Positions 1-15,400 of a stretch of DNA of 64,000 nt are shown piece by piece (the first letter of the stretch is position 1; each line of letters begins with the position of its first letter). The notes under the pieces were generated by a model. It saw nothing but the letters and a program-made list of their open reading frames with translations, did not search any database and was not told where the DNA came from. Where the stretch lies: contig CAMYOL010000010.1 of NCBI GenBank assembly GCA_947260005.1, positions 26,227 through 90,226 of the forward strand. Direction: 5' to 3'. The position numbers were made by a program, and so were the translations under genes. The DNA comes from an uncultured Ectothiorhodospiraceae bacterium. GTDB taxonomy: Bacteria > Pseudomonadota > Gammaproteobacteria > UBA6429 > Thiohalophilaceae.

Positions 1-460
1 ATACCATCCATCAAAGCAGTTGAACCGTTTTCGTATTGATCGTAGTAAACCGCGATTAGACCACCCGCGCCTGATCCCTGATTAGCAAATAACGCATTAC
101 CGCCATTAGCACTGATCGTACCAGCACCATTAATCTGCGTGCTTGTAATTTTCAGACTACCGCCTGCACCCGCACCTAAGTAACAGCTCTGATTATATGT
201 GCAAACATTGTCATCTTGCGTATCAAAACCATTGGCATGAATAACACCATTGTTAATTAAAGTTGGTACTCTAATATGCATAACCCCACCACCACGAGCA
301 CCCTTGTAATAAACGTTGCGATAACGTCGAGAACCCGATGCACCGGCGAAGAGTGGGTTACGGAAATCATCATATGCCGGAGCAGTTGTCGAGAATGGAA
401 TTCCATCGCCTCCATGTGGGGCACCAAGCACATTAAAGTTACGAGGTTCATTTGTTGATA
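1..460 (-). other. Gly/Asn-rich segment resembling a parallel beta-helix, the most C-terminal part of the giant protein visible here
   Basis: Translation gives ...GARGGGVMHIRVPTLINNGVIHANGFDTQDD...LGAGAGGSLKITSTQINGAGTISANGGNALFANQGSGAGGLIAVYY. It has periodic G-G-x-hydrophobic-x-hydrophobic rungs. The fold assignment is inference only. Confidence 0.4.
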
Positions 461-3400
461 TCACGTTTGACACGCGTAATTCCGCACCCGATTCGATGGT
501 CAACGAATCATACACTGACACTTCTAACTCTGATCCCGGTGTTAATCCAAAAATACTGTACACCGTCATCACTGCTCCGGACTCAAGCGTGATGGCATTA
601 ATAGGTGTACCAGTATAGTTGTAATTTAAGGTAAGACCCGTCGGCACAATAATATTGGCATAGCGCATTGAATCATCAACATTACTATTGGCACTGAGAG
701 TAATAGTTGTACCACCCCAGTTGCCCACGGTGACCGTAGTCGTCGCCAGATTACTCAGGCCATTTACGTCATAGACCGTTGCATTAATTGTAATAATATC
801 TCCCGGCTGCGCCGTATCCGCAACCGTAAAGGGTAAATTATTCGCTGATGCAAATCGGTTTTGTATATTAGTCAGGCTATATGGACCTTCGACGACCGGA
901 CCGGTCATGTTAATTTCTACTCGATCAAGGATATCCAGATGGTTCGCGCTGTAAGACACGGTAAAACTTTCACCGGCAGGTGGCTCATAACTTACACCGG
1001 TAACACTAATGCTCGGCGGTAAGATCGGTGGCTCAATCGTCAATGTTCGAGGTGATGTGGTATACACCTGGCCATTGGTATCGGTTACTCGTAACACAAC
1101 ATCGTACGTTCCAGATACCAGGCTTGACGTTCTATAAGCAAGACGATAATTAAAGTTATCCGTATCCTGAACCGGGTTATGTATCGTCAAGTAATAATAA
1201 TTGCCCGCTACCTGATCGTACACATAGCCCATCTCGTTATTCCAGATAACCTCGCCTAATTGCACATAACCTGATGTCGTTCCCGTAGTATATTTGATCA
1301 GTTCGACTGTCTCGATATTTCTACCCAAATCGGCCAATTCAATATCAATAAAGCCAACCTCACCCAGCGTCATGGTTACATTCGTTGGCACACTCGCCCC
1401 AAAATCGACAGCCGGTACCGGATCAGCCGCCAGGGTAACTGGAATATTATGAATATAGGTAGCACCGCAGTTAGTTGTTATCTGTAACTGTAATGAAGTT
1501 AAGTTATTGTCCAGCATCGCCTGATAAGCCAAAAAGCCTTTCATTTCGTAGTGTCGGCCATCGACACTAGAAATATCGACATAAATATCATTCAGTGACA
1601 AAGGTTTATTGAGCCAAACAATATCAGCAACACCTGAAACCGCATTCACTTCAAAGCTGACCGGGCGGAAATTGATAGATGTTGCTTCAGTCAAGTACGA
1701 CGGCGGTAATTGTTGGCCACCAATGCCTGCATTAGCCGTTTGCACGCCCAGAAGATCATTAAATAGATTCTCGCCAAGACCTCCTCCCCCTGAATTATTC
1801 GCATAGATATCAAATCCGACATCGTAAATAACATCGCCCGCCAATGGGTACAGGGTGGTAACGCTGGCAGCACTACAATTCGCCGCCGGATCCGTCACAT
1901 TTAATGTATAAGTTGCTGCATCATAACAACGTGGGCCGCCTGCAACATTACACGTCTGCGTCGTCATAGCAACGACTGACTCAATTGCCCGGACTGTTAA
2001 CGTATGCGTACCAATATCCGCATTTTGCAATACATACGCGCGGTAATCTTCCTGATAACGCGTGACTCTGTCTGCATAAATAACGGGTTTGAATTCCTGC
2101 ATCGAAACAAAACCAGTATTGTTGCCGCCAGTAAAGAATTCATTATAAATCGTTGTTGGCGTTTCAGTCGCTGTTACATCCAGAAGTTCGAGCTCGTAAT
2201 TAACAAGCGAAACATCATATCCGCTATTATACTGACCATCGGCGATGTCATCAGAGTAAATAGTATCAATCGCCACCGCTATCAGGTAACTACCGGCTCG
2301 CATGTCAAGGACTTCACCGACTGTATTACCAAGGTTGTATTGCTGGTAATCATCCGGTGTCAGATCACCGTCATCACGTATGATATATGTTGTTATCGGA
2401 TATCCCGCATCAAAACTCGGAATACTGACGCGTACGTAAGTATCATTCTCCAGAATCAGACGATGATATTTAACCGGAACATCGAAGTACCCATTCATAT
2501 CCTGCCCGACAATGGTATCGGCCACGACCGAATTGAGGTTGATTGCAGGATGTTTAGAGTATTTATTTGTTAGCGGTACACCATCTAATAAATACTGTAC
2601 GTTAATATTATTTAACCCAGCATCGGTGATCGATAATGGAATATCCAGGGATTCACCGACCTGTCTATCCAACGTAGCCGGTAGGACATCAATCACTGCC
2701 ACTTGAGTTACCGGATCAGCAACCACCGGCACAGAGATATCAAACTGACGATCTTCGCCATTGACTGGAATGATGGCCGTCAAATTACCTTGCGCAGTAA
2801 CCGGCACACCCGTTGGCAAGGTAATGTGGATAATCTGGTTATTATCTTCAACGTGATAATAAGGGAGACCCAGACTATCTTGTAAATCTATCGCTTGCTG
2901 TAGTGTATTTCCATCATAACTATCATGATATAAACGATCCGAAATCACCACACCATCGAGCGTTAGTGTAATGTTGTTTGTATTAAATGGTATGTTAGCT
3001 TCTGCCTCCAGACTAATACGCGCATAATCACTACCCGCATAAAGTGCCTGCGCAGGTTGCCTATCCATTAGGCGTAATGTAACAACTTCACCACCGGTTA
3101 CCTGGATAGCCAAAGTGCTGGTTGCACTTATGCTGCCTAATGTTACCGTGATGGTAGCATCGCCAGCTGCAACAATATCAATACTGCCATCGGCCAATGG
3201 CGTAGCAACCGAGTCATTACTACTACTGTAAGTCGTACCATAACTATCCGGCGTGACGTTTAGCTGATAAGCCACGTTGTTAACCGTGATTTCGGCTACG
3301 ACCGTCAGTTGTAATGGTGGTGTCGATGAGGTCAGCACCAGATCAGCTGTCGATGGCGTCACGACCAGACCCGTTACATAAGCGGCCACGTTATGACTGG

Positions 3401-6400
3401 TATTATCAAGCGGGTCATTTCCCGTATCGATTTCCAGTCCATCACGTAAACCATCGTTGTCGGTATCCGGCTCAGATGGATTAGTTGCGTATTGATTAAC
3501 TTCATCGCCATCGCTCAGGCCATCGAAATCGCTATCGGTAAGATTCGGATTGGTGCCGTTAACTATTTCGTCGTAATTACTCAGGCCATCGCCATCCGTA
3601 TCTTCGTTACTATCGGCAACACCATCGCCATCGGAGTCAATTAACGTCGGACTGGTGCCCATCTGAATTTCAAATCCATTTGGAATACCGTCACCATCGA
3701 AGTCTGCATCAACCTGCAAGACATTAAGTGAAATCGTATTCGCAACTCGTAGCGGAGAAGTATCTATCGTTCCTGCAATAGCAATCGTAACACTGGTACC
3801 GTCGACCACATTAGTTCCGGTATGTGTTGGTGCAGTAAAGCCACCTGTCGCCCAGTCAAAGAGCGAAGTCGCTCCATCGATATCAATCGTACCGGATGTA
3901 ATTACCGCCGGGTTAATTCCAACCCCATAGACAAGATTTAAATTCTGCGCAGTTCCTTCGAGTATGAATGCCGTTGGTTGCGCCGCTATCGCGACTTGAG
4001 GTGCACAAACCTGCTCTTGTTGGTTCAATACAGCATCATTTGCCGCATCACCCACTAAGACAGAACCCGATAAGCTGTAATCATAACAACGGTTCAGCTC
4101 TAGTGGTGCATTCGGTGCAAACTCAAGGGTATTACTTGCCAGTACCGTACTGCCTTCAATTTCGACGCCGTCCAGAGACAACGTAATCAGTCGGCCTGAT
4201 GTATTTTCAATAACGGGCTCACTAAAGTTGAACACAAATGGAGTATCCGTCGTGTTATGCACCGTTACATAATTAGCCGAAACGATATGGGGCCTTAGTT
4301 TCAAGAACTCCAGGCCATAAGTTTCATCTGTTAATAAGGTACCTGGCTGCGGAGTCACACTACTGATCGATAAATCAATGGCTTCAATAGTCAAATCTGT
4401 CACAGGGAAATCTGCGGTCCCACGCTGCATATCCAGCGTAACGGGGTTGGCCTGCGCGTCGCTCGTTGCATCACCCGTAAGCGCAATCACCGCTGTAAAG
4501 TTAGCATCTTCACGTATTCCAGAGTTATTAACTGTACTAACAACGTTATAGTAAGCGTCTACCACGGCCAGTTGCATGGTTTGTGTCTCTCCAACCTCAA
4601 GTCTATCGGCATCACCATACTGAACATTGGTTTTATCAAGCTCGACAAAATGGAAGCCTACCGGCTCACCAGGGTAAACAGTAACTGGAAGCACATTGGT
4701 TTGTACCGCGTCAGTAACCGGATTATTGTCGTTATCATAGAAAGTCGTTAGTTCACTACCAACTTGGTAACTCACATCAATACTATAATCACCCGCAGTA
4801 CGACTTGCGATAACAGGCACCGTTGCCTGCCCATTTTCAAGTGTCACTGTTGCCCGTTGACCGGTCACACCATCCTGATCTGATAATATTTCAATCGCAA
4901 CCTGGTTCGTGAAGCCAAAATAGAAGTCCGGATCATTAATGGTAAATTCAACCTGAGAAACACTATCTGTCGTCACCGTGTTACCACCGGCATCATAGGC
5001 ACGGATTTGAATATTGAATTCATTTTCAGGTTCCAAGCTGGCAATATTGTCTATATATATAGATCGTGCAGCTCCGGCGATCAGTTCTACATTATGGGCC
5101 TGAGCAATACTGACATATTCCCTCAAATAAACCCGCACTTGATACAGACCACTAACACGAAGCGTGTCGACATTCATTGTCGAGAGCCCGGAAACATCTG
5201 TAAAGGTATTACCTAAATTCACAACGCTTCCGTCTGCCGCACGAAGCTCCCATACCGCTTCCATATTTGGCACTGGCCGCGCAGATGAATCGACGACACG
5301 TATACGCATTGGCAAGTCTTCACCCACCGCAACCAGAGAAGGATTTAGTGTTGGATCACCATCGGCAAAGAAACGAATATCCGATGGTCGTTGTGTCAAA
5401 GTTACGGTTACCGGTTGTGTATCGCTTTGTTGTCCGAGCATATCCGTAATGCGGACAAAGAAACTAAACTGGGTGCCATCAGCCTCATCAAGCAAAGTAC
5501 GAATAGTCACTCTTGCACAGTCACAACGAGAAGAGTAATACGCCCGACCCAGCGGACGCTCAACACCGGACGAAATATCAATTACCTGATAGGTTAAGTT
5601 ACTGGCCCCACCGTCATCGATGGCATCAACGCCATTAATTCGTACCGGTATAAGCGTATTAAAGAAACTGAACGGTTGTACATCAATGCTTGCCAGCGCA
5701 GCATTGGGTGAGGTATCGGCAATCACGGTGATATTGTGTTGGGAAACCACTTCCTGCCCAAGACTGTCAACCACTTTCACGGTCAGGTTTTCTGTTAGAT
5801 CCTGTGTGACGCGTATCGATCTCGGATCGGTAATAGAAACATTTCGATTAAACTGGATTGCATTACCAGCAGAATAGGTTTGAGGTACACCTCGCCAGAT
5901 TGTCGTGATTTCGCGAATTGCCAGGTCATCCAAAGCATTGACTCTCACTGTAAACGAACTTTGCTCGCGTACAGTTGCCGGCACTACTACACTGGATATC
6001 TGTGGAGGGTTATCGAGGACCGTGGTATAGCTCTGTGAGACATTTCGTTCGTTACCACTGCGATCCACTACTGTCATCACATAATCGAACGTCGTACCGG
6101 CTGCTGGTGCCAGCTCTGTATAAGAAAGTACACCGCTATCAAACGCCGCCGCAACGATCAAACCATTACGCCGCAACAGCGCAACATCCACACCACTTCC
6201 TGAATCGTTAATATCAACGTTTACCGTAAACGCATGACCACCGACCGGTTGAGAACCTATGGTCGTAGCGTCCAGGCTAAATTCCGCAGATGGAGGGAAG
6301 ATATCCGGCAGTCGCTGGAATATTAGTGGAGACGTCAGGGCAACGTTACCAAAACGATCGATGGCTCGCGCCTTGATATAACCACCCGATTCAGCTTCTG

Positions 6401-9400
6401 TGAAGTTTCGATAAATTACATATTCCGGCCCGTAGTGCTTACCAATTAACTCATACGGCCCAGCACTATTACTTGAGTAATGAAATTCAACTTGTTGAAT
6501 CGCCTGAGTGCTATTGGCGATATTAGCGCGCATCTCCAGAGGTTTAGGTAAATAGAAGTTATCTAATTGTAACGATACGCTAAATGGATTGGCCGGCAAA
6601 TCTTCTCCCTGAAGGGTCACGCGACGTGCTTCTGATGCCACAATATCACCCCAGACCGTTTCCACTTCAGTAGTGATCGTAAAGGCCTGTCCATTACGCA
6701 GAGTGGCAGGAACCGGTACGCTTAGCGCGAAGGGCGCACTGTAACTTACTCCCACCTGTTGACCTTCGATTCGATATCGTACCGAATTAATCCCGGTTGC
6801 ATCGAGTAACGACAACTCAATGCTATCGCCTTGTTGGTATACCGTGTTGGCACGAGGTGATTCCAGAGCCGGATTAACGGAACCCAAATCCATTCCAAGC
6901 TCATACAACAGCACGCCACTGCTTCCCAGGCCAACAAAAAGTCGATTAAAGTCAACATCCAGACTGGTGACTGTAGCCGCTGTCAATATATTTGTTGCCA
7001 GCTGTTGCCAGGTAGATACGTTAACTGCCTGCACCTGATTCTGTGTCGCGACCCATAAATTACCCTGTGAATATTCTAGCGCTGAGATAAGTCCCGACAA
7101 CACTAACGGCGTATCGATGTTGTCGTTCAATCGAAGTCGATGAATCACATTTTGATCGGCATAAAACAGATGGTCACCATCACTCGCCAGTATTTGTATC
7201 GGTTCAGCTGAAGACAGTAGTGTTGCCGTTTCTACTTCAGCATTGACAACAGGTAAAGAAGGTATATCAATGCGTTGCACAAAGCCCGCAGTCGTCGAAA
7301 CAAATATTGTGTTGCCGACAGCGGCCAGCGCAACAATGGAATCACCGCCAATCGAATAACTGCTAGTCACGGCAGGATTACGGCGATCGGCGAGATATAA
7401 CATTGATCCGGCAGCGACAACAACCAGGTCATCCGTTACCACTAATTGTTGATAAGCCTGTCCCTGGAAAATAACGCTACGTTGATTAATTTCATTTAAG
7501 GCTATAACTCTTAAGAAATCAGGTTGCAACAGATAGCGATGTTCGCCCCGAACGGCAACATCGGTAGTCGCCTCACTATATGCAGAGGGGTATGGTGAGG
7601 CCTGCCATTCGCCACTATCGAGTTGAGCATAATTGACCGCACCATAAAAATCAGCCGCTGCGATCAACTGACCATCTTCCATCGCAACTGTATCTACTGA
7701 ACCACGTGCACGTACCGTTGTGTATTCGTTAACAGGTGTCTGGGATTGTCTCTGTAGCTGATAGACATCGCTAATACCGTTGCCAATCCATAATTGGCCA
7801 TCACTTACGATTGCGCGCTGTGCATTATCACCTAAATCGTAATTGAAACGTCCTATAATTTGCGGCTTATTGGGTGAGCGAACATCGACGACCTGAATCT
7901 GATCTAACTCAGAAGATAAGCTTAATAACGATCCCTGTAACGCAAGAAGTCGTTCAGTTTGGATTCCAAGCTCAAAGCGTTGTTCATTCCAGTTTTCATC
8001 AAAGACATGTAATCGTCCAGTATTGGCAGAGATATAAATATGATTTCGATGTAATACCATGCCGGTAAAGCTGCCATTTATCCGACGTGACACGGTCAAA
8101 TTGGTTCCCACTCTGGCCAATTGTTGTGAGGTAACCACTACAAATTCATTTTTCATTGCCTGAACATCTATGCCCTGCCCGACAATACCGAGATCCCCTA
8201 CCGGTTCCAGCGCATTACCCGCAGTACGGAATCCGTGTACCGCTCCATCAATGATCGCGATAACCTGCCCACTGTTTGCAGCAAGACGCGTAACTTCCCC
8301 GACGACAGCATGGGTACCGAGCACACGGAAATTATCTGTAGGATCGACAAATACAATACCAAGATTACGTAAACCAATGAGCAGGCGATCACCCAGATGG
8401 GTCATCGAGGTGATATCGGATTCCAGCGTCGCCAGTTCAACGCCCGATCGATTATATAAATTACGCCCAAGTGCAAACCAGGTTTCGCCCACATCGGCCA
8501 ATGCCACATTAAAGTTACGATTGATACCTGAAATCGATATTTGCAATGGGTTGATTACCCGTACCCGATGTTCTTCGACCTGCCCATTGCCGAAAGCATC
8601 GACAACACTGGCAACAATACGTACGGTGCTGATGCCTGCCGGAACCGTCATACTCGCACTGGCATCACCCGCAGCCAAAAGGTTATCCACCTCATCGTAC
8701 ATAACGATATTGGCGGTAACTCCGGCCGGAATGGTTGAGGTAATTGAAACAGGAAGTTCAGATCCAACCATTACTTCGGTTGAGATACCTGAAACCTGTA
8801 ATGGCGGAATATTTAATTGAGGGAATACACGTATACCCGTTTGCTGTTCACTATAGCGATAATCATCGTCATAATAAGCTCGTACGCGCAGATACAGAAT
8901 CTGTTGCTCCGTAACAGAAGGTAGTCGCAATGCCAGTCGACCCGTTAATGTCTTAACGAAACGGCGAGCGATAAGTTGTTGGTTAAAGTCATACAAACCA
9001 ACTTCGGTATATTGATAACTATCTGGAGTACTTTCACTGGCACTGAATTCAATGACAACGTCCTGCCCTTCAGTAAATGCCTGATTGCTTACCGGACGAG
9101 CGATGGTGACCTGATCCAAATCTGGTTCATTTACAACGGGGTTATACAAATAAGAGTTAACCAGTGTACCGTCAGACTGATAATCAATGGCTAATGAAGT
9201 ACCCAGCGGAATTTCTATCCACTGATAATTCTGATTACCACTAAATTGTGATAGCGCCTGAGTCAATGTTGCCATCACCGTAGACTGAGTCGAAACACGC
9301 GAACTTGGATCAAGGCTAACGACAAAGGGAACACGTGCTCCTTCACTAAGCGGTATAACTGGATCAGGTATGACATTGTTAACCAGTGTTAGCGGTGCAA

Positions 9401-12400
9401 TCGTGCGAGCCAAACCTAGGCGTTGCTCATTGCCACTTCGATCAACCTGCACGACCTGTATCTCTCCACCTGTGATATCACGTCGTGGTATAAACCATGC
9501 CTGATTACCATTACGCCATATCGGAGTTGCAGTAAGCGGTTGATCAGATGCATCACGGAAATACGTTTCATCACCACCCAGGGTTAAATTGCCGGATACA
9601 TTTTCAATAATGACCCCGGTCGTATCTTCTACCAGTGTTGCTTGCAACAGCGTTGTATTATTTTCCGCTATTAAATCACGACGCTGAATACTATCAGTAA
9701 GCTCATATAACGAATTCCCAGCAAAGACGATTTGATGAACGTTCGCATTATGTAATCCTACGCGGTCGACTCCACGCCACACCTGCCAGGTTTGATCCGC
9801 AAACGGTCCATCCGCCAACATCCAGAGCAATTCGCCATCGAGTACAACATCGTGAATTAAACCACTGGCATCCATCGTATCAAGCAAGGTTAATGTTCCG
9901 TCTTCGGCAAGATCGTAACGTTCGGCTGTATTCCCTGCCCGGGTAATCAGTTCATTACCTTCGATCGTAAATCCATCACGATCACCAATCGCGGTATAGA
10001 ATAGAGTTGAAAGCTGTTGCGGCGCCAAAGCATCTGATGCAAATCCATAGAAACCGGTTTCGGTCAGAACAAAGACTCGTCCCTGAGCAACACGTGCCGA
10101 ACGAATATCCTCGTTTACGACCTGACCAATAATCGGTAACCAGGAGTCACCTGTATAATGATAGCCATCTATCATGCGACCATGTTGGGTATAAACTGTC
10201 GATCCACTCGCACCGATAATTTCACCAAATAATGGCGTGCTTACCGGTGATGCAAATGCGCCATTTACAACCGGTATATAAATCAGGTATCGATTACCGG
10301 TACGGAATTCCTGTGCCACCAGTCCGCGACCACTATAATAGAGTCTCTCAATACGACCAGCTGCCTGACTTGTTATTACTCCATTTACGTCATGAATCTG
10401 ATAGCCACCACTACGACGATTTACAACCCAGACAAGATCATCACCCGTAGAATTTACACCCGGGATTGTCAACATATGTTCGATTTGTTCGTCATCCGAA
10501 GCAGGCGTGTAAATTGATGTCAGAACACTACTTAGGTACGGAATCTTGGTAATGGTTTCAGTTAACGAACGTTGATTGTTGGAACGATCACGCAGGTTTG
10601 CCGTAACGCTTATTTCCGTTCCTGTTTCAGAAACCGTCACTGCGCGCGGACCCACATTCATATCAAAACCAGCGGTGACCGATCCACTCGCCGGATCCTG
10701 AATCGTTAACGATGAACTGTCACTGAAATCGGTCATATCCTGTGGTGAATTGGCGCTGACCCACAGCTCACTACCCGTTAGCACTTCATTAGTTGGAATT
10801 ACTGTTATTTCGGGATCGGCTTCAATGCCGGCATCTTCAAGGACATTGAGATAACGACGGGCACGTAAACCACCTGCTTCAAGCCTGACCACGACCACAC
10901 TGTTACCTGTAATCTGAGGTAAGGTTACGGAATACTGGAAACGCTCCGGATCATCAACGGTACGACTAACCGTTGCGGCAGCTAACGTACTGGGTATACC
11001 ACCGATATCAAAATACAGTTCAGCAGTATTAATCTGACGCATGACGACTTCGAGCGCGATGGTTTCGCCTTCGTGGTAGGTGCTACCATTTTCAGGATCC
11101 AGTATGGAGAGCTGTGGTTCACCCGCTGACGCATCAAACGGTTGTAATGTTGCATTCGCAACTGTACTGACATTGCCGTTCGGATCCCAGGCGCGCGCAG
11201 AGATCAACACCGGATCAAAGGTAGTCGGAGTGAAGCTAAACAGGTTCGGATTGCTCAACTGTTGATAAGCAGCACCGTTCATGCTGACTTCGACCCGGTC
11301 AATTCCATAACGATCGAACGATTGCAGGATTAAATCAACTGGCTCATTAATTGCGATTCGATCACCATCGACAGGTGAGGCAATTGTAATAGTTGGTGCT
11401 GTAGCATCAAGTAATAATGTATAGGCATCGGTTGCTGAGCGTGTTGCACCAAAACCATATATAACACGCAGCTCTACAGGTATCTGTGTATCCGGGCTGA
11501 TTTCAGACAATCGAGGATTCAGGTAAGACAGTGATGCATAACCGGCCGCGGCAGTTTCGGCTATAAAGTTTACTGGATACCAGCGATCACGCACTCGCAT
11601 CTGTGTCTCAGAGATAAGATCGACGTCACCGCTAATATCAAAGCGTATGTCTGCACGCGATAATTCTTCAACCTGAGCAGGTTGTGTATATACCGCTGAA
11701 ATATTTAGTTGAGGATCACTGACACCAACATCAAATCTTTGTTGGATTGCATTTCCTGATGAGTCTGTGGTCTGAATGATATAAGCCAGATTTTGAGCGC
11801 TCTCTTCAACCGCCTGAGTAATGACATTACCATTCACATTTTCCCAGCCGCCAAAGCTTAATCCGGCATTCGTTGAGCGGCGAACCTGAATCTGCATATT
11901 TGAAATATTAGTACGATTATCGGTAGCCCCAATATTAAACTGATAACTGCGGCCGCGAGTCAACAACATTGCCAGATCAAGCGGTAACCCGTTATCTGCT
12001 CGCGTTAATGTTATATCTTGCGGAGCCAAAGTGTCATTAGCAGCAAACTGCATACTAAAGTTACCATTACTAAGTGAGCCAGCATTAGAACTGCTATTCG
12101 TTGGTATGTTAGCAAATTCATCACTAATGCCATTGATATTAATCGCATAGCGATGATTATGTTCTAACGCAGCACCGACTAATAAACGCAGCTCAACTAT
12201 ATTATCAAGAACACGCAACTCAAATTGACCGGAAATATCCTGTATGGCGTCACCACTATAATCTTCTGATGTTGCCATCACACTGAAGCCAGCAGCCTGT
12301 ACCGTTTCATCGAAGACAAGTCTCAACGGCGTTGTGTAATCTAATTCTTGTGAACCCGTCATTACCGGTCGGGTATCATCGACTCCCAGTAACGTTGTAG

Positions 12401-15400
12401 CCGCAACGACTTCCTCATTGGTAACTGCTTTTCTTACCACAATCTGATAGTTACGGTTCGGTTCCACTCGTGGCGAACTAAATGTTATCCCTGCAGTTGT
12501 CACCGCAAAAGCAATTGAATTTATATCATTTGGAGTAAAACCTGCCCCTGATTCGAAGAAGTGAACGCTCATATCGCCATCGAAACCAGAGCCTGTGATG
12601 GTTACCTGGTCACCACCAATATCACTGACTCGATCAATACCACGCGAATTATCACTGCTAACCGATGAGACCTGTAAAGCCTGGGTTGCAACTATCGCAA
12701 CCGGTAAAGTATCTTCATGCCCTGCCTGAGTTGCGGTAACGCTATAAACGCCAGAAGTCGCAAGGCTTAAGGTAAATTGTAATTGTGAACCATCTGCCGA
12801 TACGTTCCAGCTATTTGCCGGTACAGGTTGATCGTTTACAGCCAAAGTCTCAATCTGATCAAGCAACTGACCGCTTAAGGTGTATTGTGTTGTTGAACCC
12901 GTAATCGTTGTTGATGGCTGAAGATTATGTAGTTCAAATGGGGTAAGACCAAATATTGCTGTCGTAGCCAGTTTCCATGGTAAATCAAAATTTAACTGCC
13001 CGCCCTGGATAAGGTTTGCAGGAGAATTAAATAGTGAGACATTATAATGTTCGCCTACCGTATAGGTATCACCAAGCAGCCGGAACTGAATTTCTTCACC
13101 TAACAACCGACTGTCACCGTTCAATAATGCAGTTGTCGTGTTATCACGCACTTCAAGGATCACATTTTCCCAGGCACGGCGTTCACCTGAAATACTGAAT
13201 CCGACTATTTCTGTTTCGGTAGCAATCGCAGTTGATGGTAAAACATCAACAATATTGGGAACAGGATTGTCAACATTATAATACGTTGCATCAGTTTGGG
13301 CTGCCCGGTTCCATTCAATCAAGTTACCGACAATACGTAGATCGGTTGCATTGGTTAATTCTGTCTGACTGGCAAGTACTGTGGTCACCTCAGCTAATTC
13401 TAATACATTGTCCTGGGTTAGATTCACATCATATAAAGCAAGAGATAAATTACCAAATGTACCTTTTATTGCTGCAAGCAGTTCACCACCAAGTGCAATT
13501 GCACGCAAGCCAACCAAATCACTGGTTGCACTGACACCAAGACTATCGAAACTGGTCTGATCAGACAGGCTTGCCGTTGACAATAGTTCTATTTGATCCT
13601 GGCCTAATAAAACCAACCGTTGTGGAGAAACGATTAGTTTTTGTGGTGTTGTAGTTAACAGATGGAGGTAACTGGCCGTTACGGTATCGAAGTCTGAAAG
13701 ACTGCGAGCTTCAACACGATCATTAAATAATAAATAAACATTATTTTTATCAAGCGCCACATCAATTGCACTATGGGCATAAACTTCCCAGTCGGCTCCC
13801 CGAACATGCCCCACATGTAATTCAGTGCCGCCAAGTGTAATGAACTTCTGTTTATTAAGATGAAGCGAACCGTGATCAACCGCTAATGGATTAAAGATAC
13901 GATTAATTTGTTCTGGTGCATAGACATTTGCGATATCATAAATCAGTAATTCATGATTATCGCCTACACTCAACATCGCATAACGTTCGGACAAGGTGAT
14001 GTTATGAACCGTCTGTGTACCTAACGGTATATCTGAAAGCCAAACCGGCGCAGCCGCATCACGAGTCGTGTAAAGTTTGGCAATATTATTATTATTTTCC
14101 TGACCAATCGTTAATAAAAGATCACCCGCTCTTGCACTAATATTTTCAGACAGACGAGCGAGTCTTTGAACGGCAGGTAATTCGACCGTAATTTCGTTGT
14201 TTTCTATTCTATCTGCTGCATTAGATAAATTACTGGCACCAACCACCAATCTACCGATAGTATTTTCAGGCGTAAGGAAACTGATTCGAGTTGGACCTTC
14301 AACGCGCACATCTGGTGCCAACTGTCCATTTACTGTTATCGTTGTCAATGAATTCAGACCTGAGCCTTCAATAGCAAGATACTCACCAGCATTAAATATA
14401 ACTCTTTTTTCGCTTACATTAAGTTCGCCGGAAACACGATCAAATGTACCAATAGATTCGATCATTGGTTCGGCGACATAGGTAAATTGCCCGGCGCGGA
14501 ACTGACGCATTAATCCATTATTAACGGCAATACCAACCACTTTATTTCCTGCTGGCGGCTCACTAAGTGCAGGTAAACGGAATGTTAACTGAGTACTGGT
14601 TACGCTGATTATTTCGGTCGGATCAATCGTTATTCCACCAATCACTACCTGCGAAGCCGAATCAAAGTTATCACCGGTCAGAGTGATTTCGTTGCCGCCA
14701 CGCCAGCTACCATAGGGGGGTTGCAAGCTTTCTATCTGTGGCATTAACTCATCAACTGCAACGAAACGGAAACTGTAGTCTTCCGTTAAAGTTTCTCCAT
14801 GCAAGTCAACTATTGCAGCAGAAAAAGTAATACGATATTCCCGATCACTCTCAAATACCTGAGCAGGACGGAAAATTAATCGTGTTCCGGAATTGGTTAT
14901 TTGAGTGGAAACATAACCCTCAACCGGAACACCTGCCAGAGTAACGGTTACCAGCGAATCCCCTTGTTCCAGGATCTGGAAGGTATCCAGAATACGATTA
15001 AACTGGATTTCTACGGCCTGATCGACTGGTAAATTGCCGCGTGGCAGTGGTATTTGTTCAACAATCGATAACTGATCATTGACTATTGTATTTAATGCAC
15101 CACCAAGGTTACCAATTGTTGCACCGACATCAATCGGGTTCTCTGTCGGCTCATCATCAACATAAACAAATGAGGTACCTGCATAAATCGCATCTCCACC
15201 AAAGGCCATCGCATCAACTGCACCTGTTACCGAGAAATAATGACGCAGGCCAATCGTTGTTCGATAACGATTATCCAGCCACGGTGCAATATCAAATAGC
15301 TGAACATCACCCTGCCCCGAAGCAACATAGAGTGTTTGACCATACAACATCATATCGCCGGCATTCAGGTCACCATTTTGTACCAGATAAGCCAACGAAA

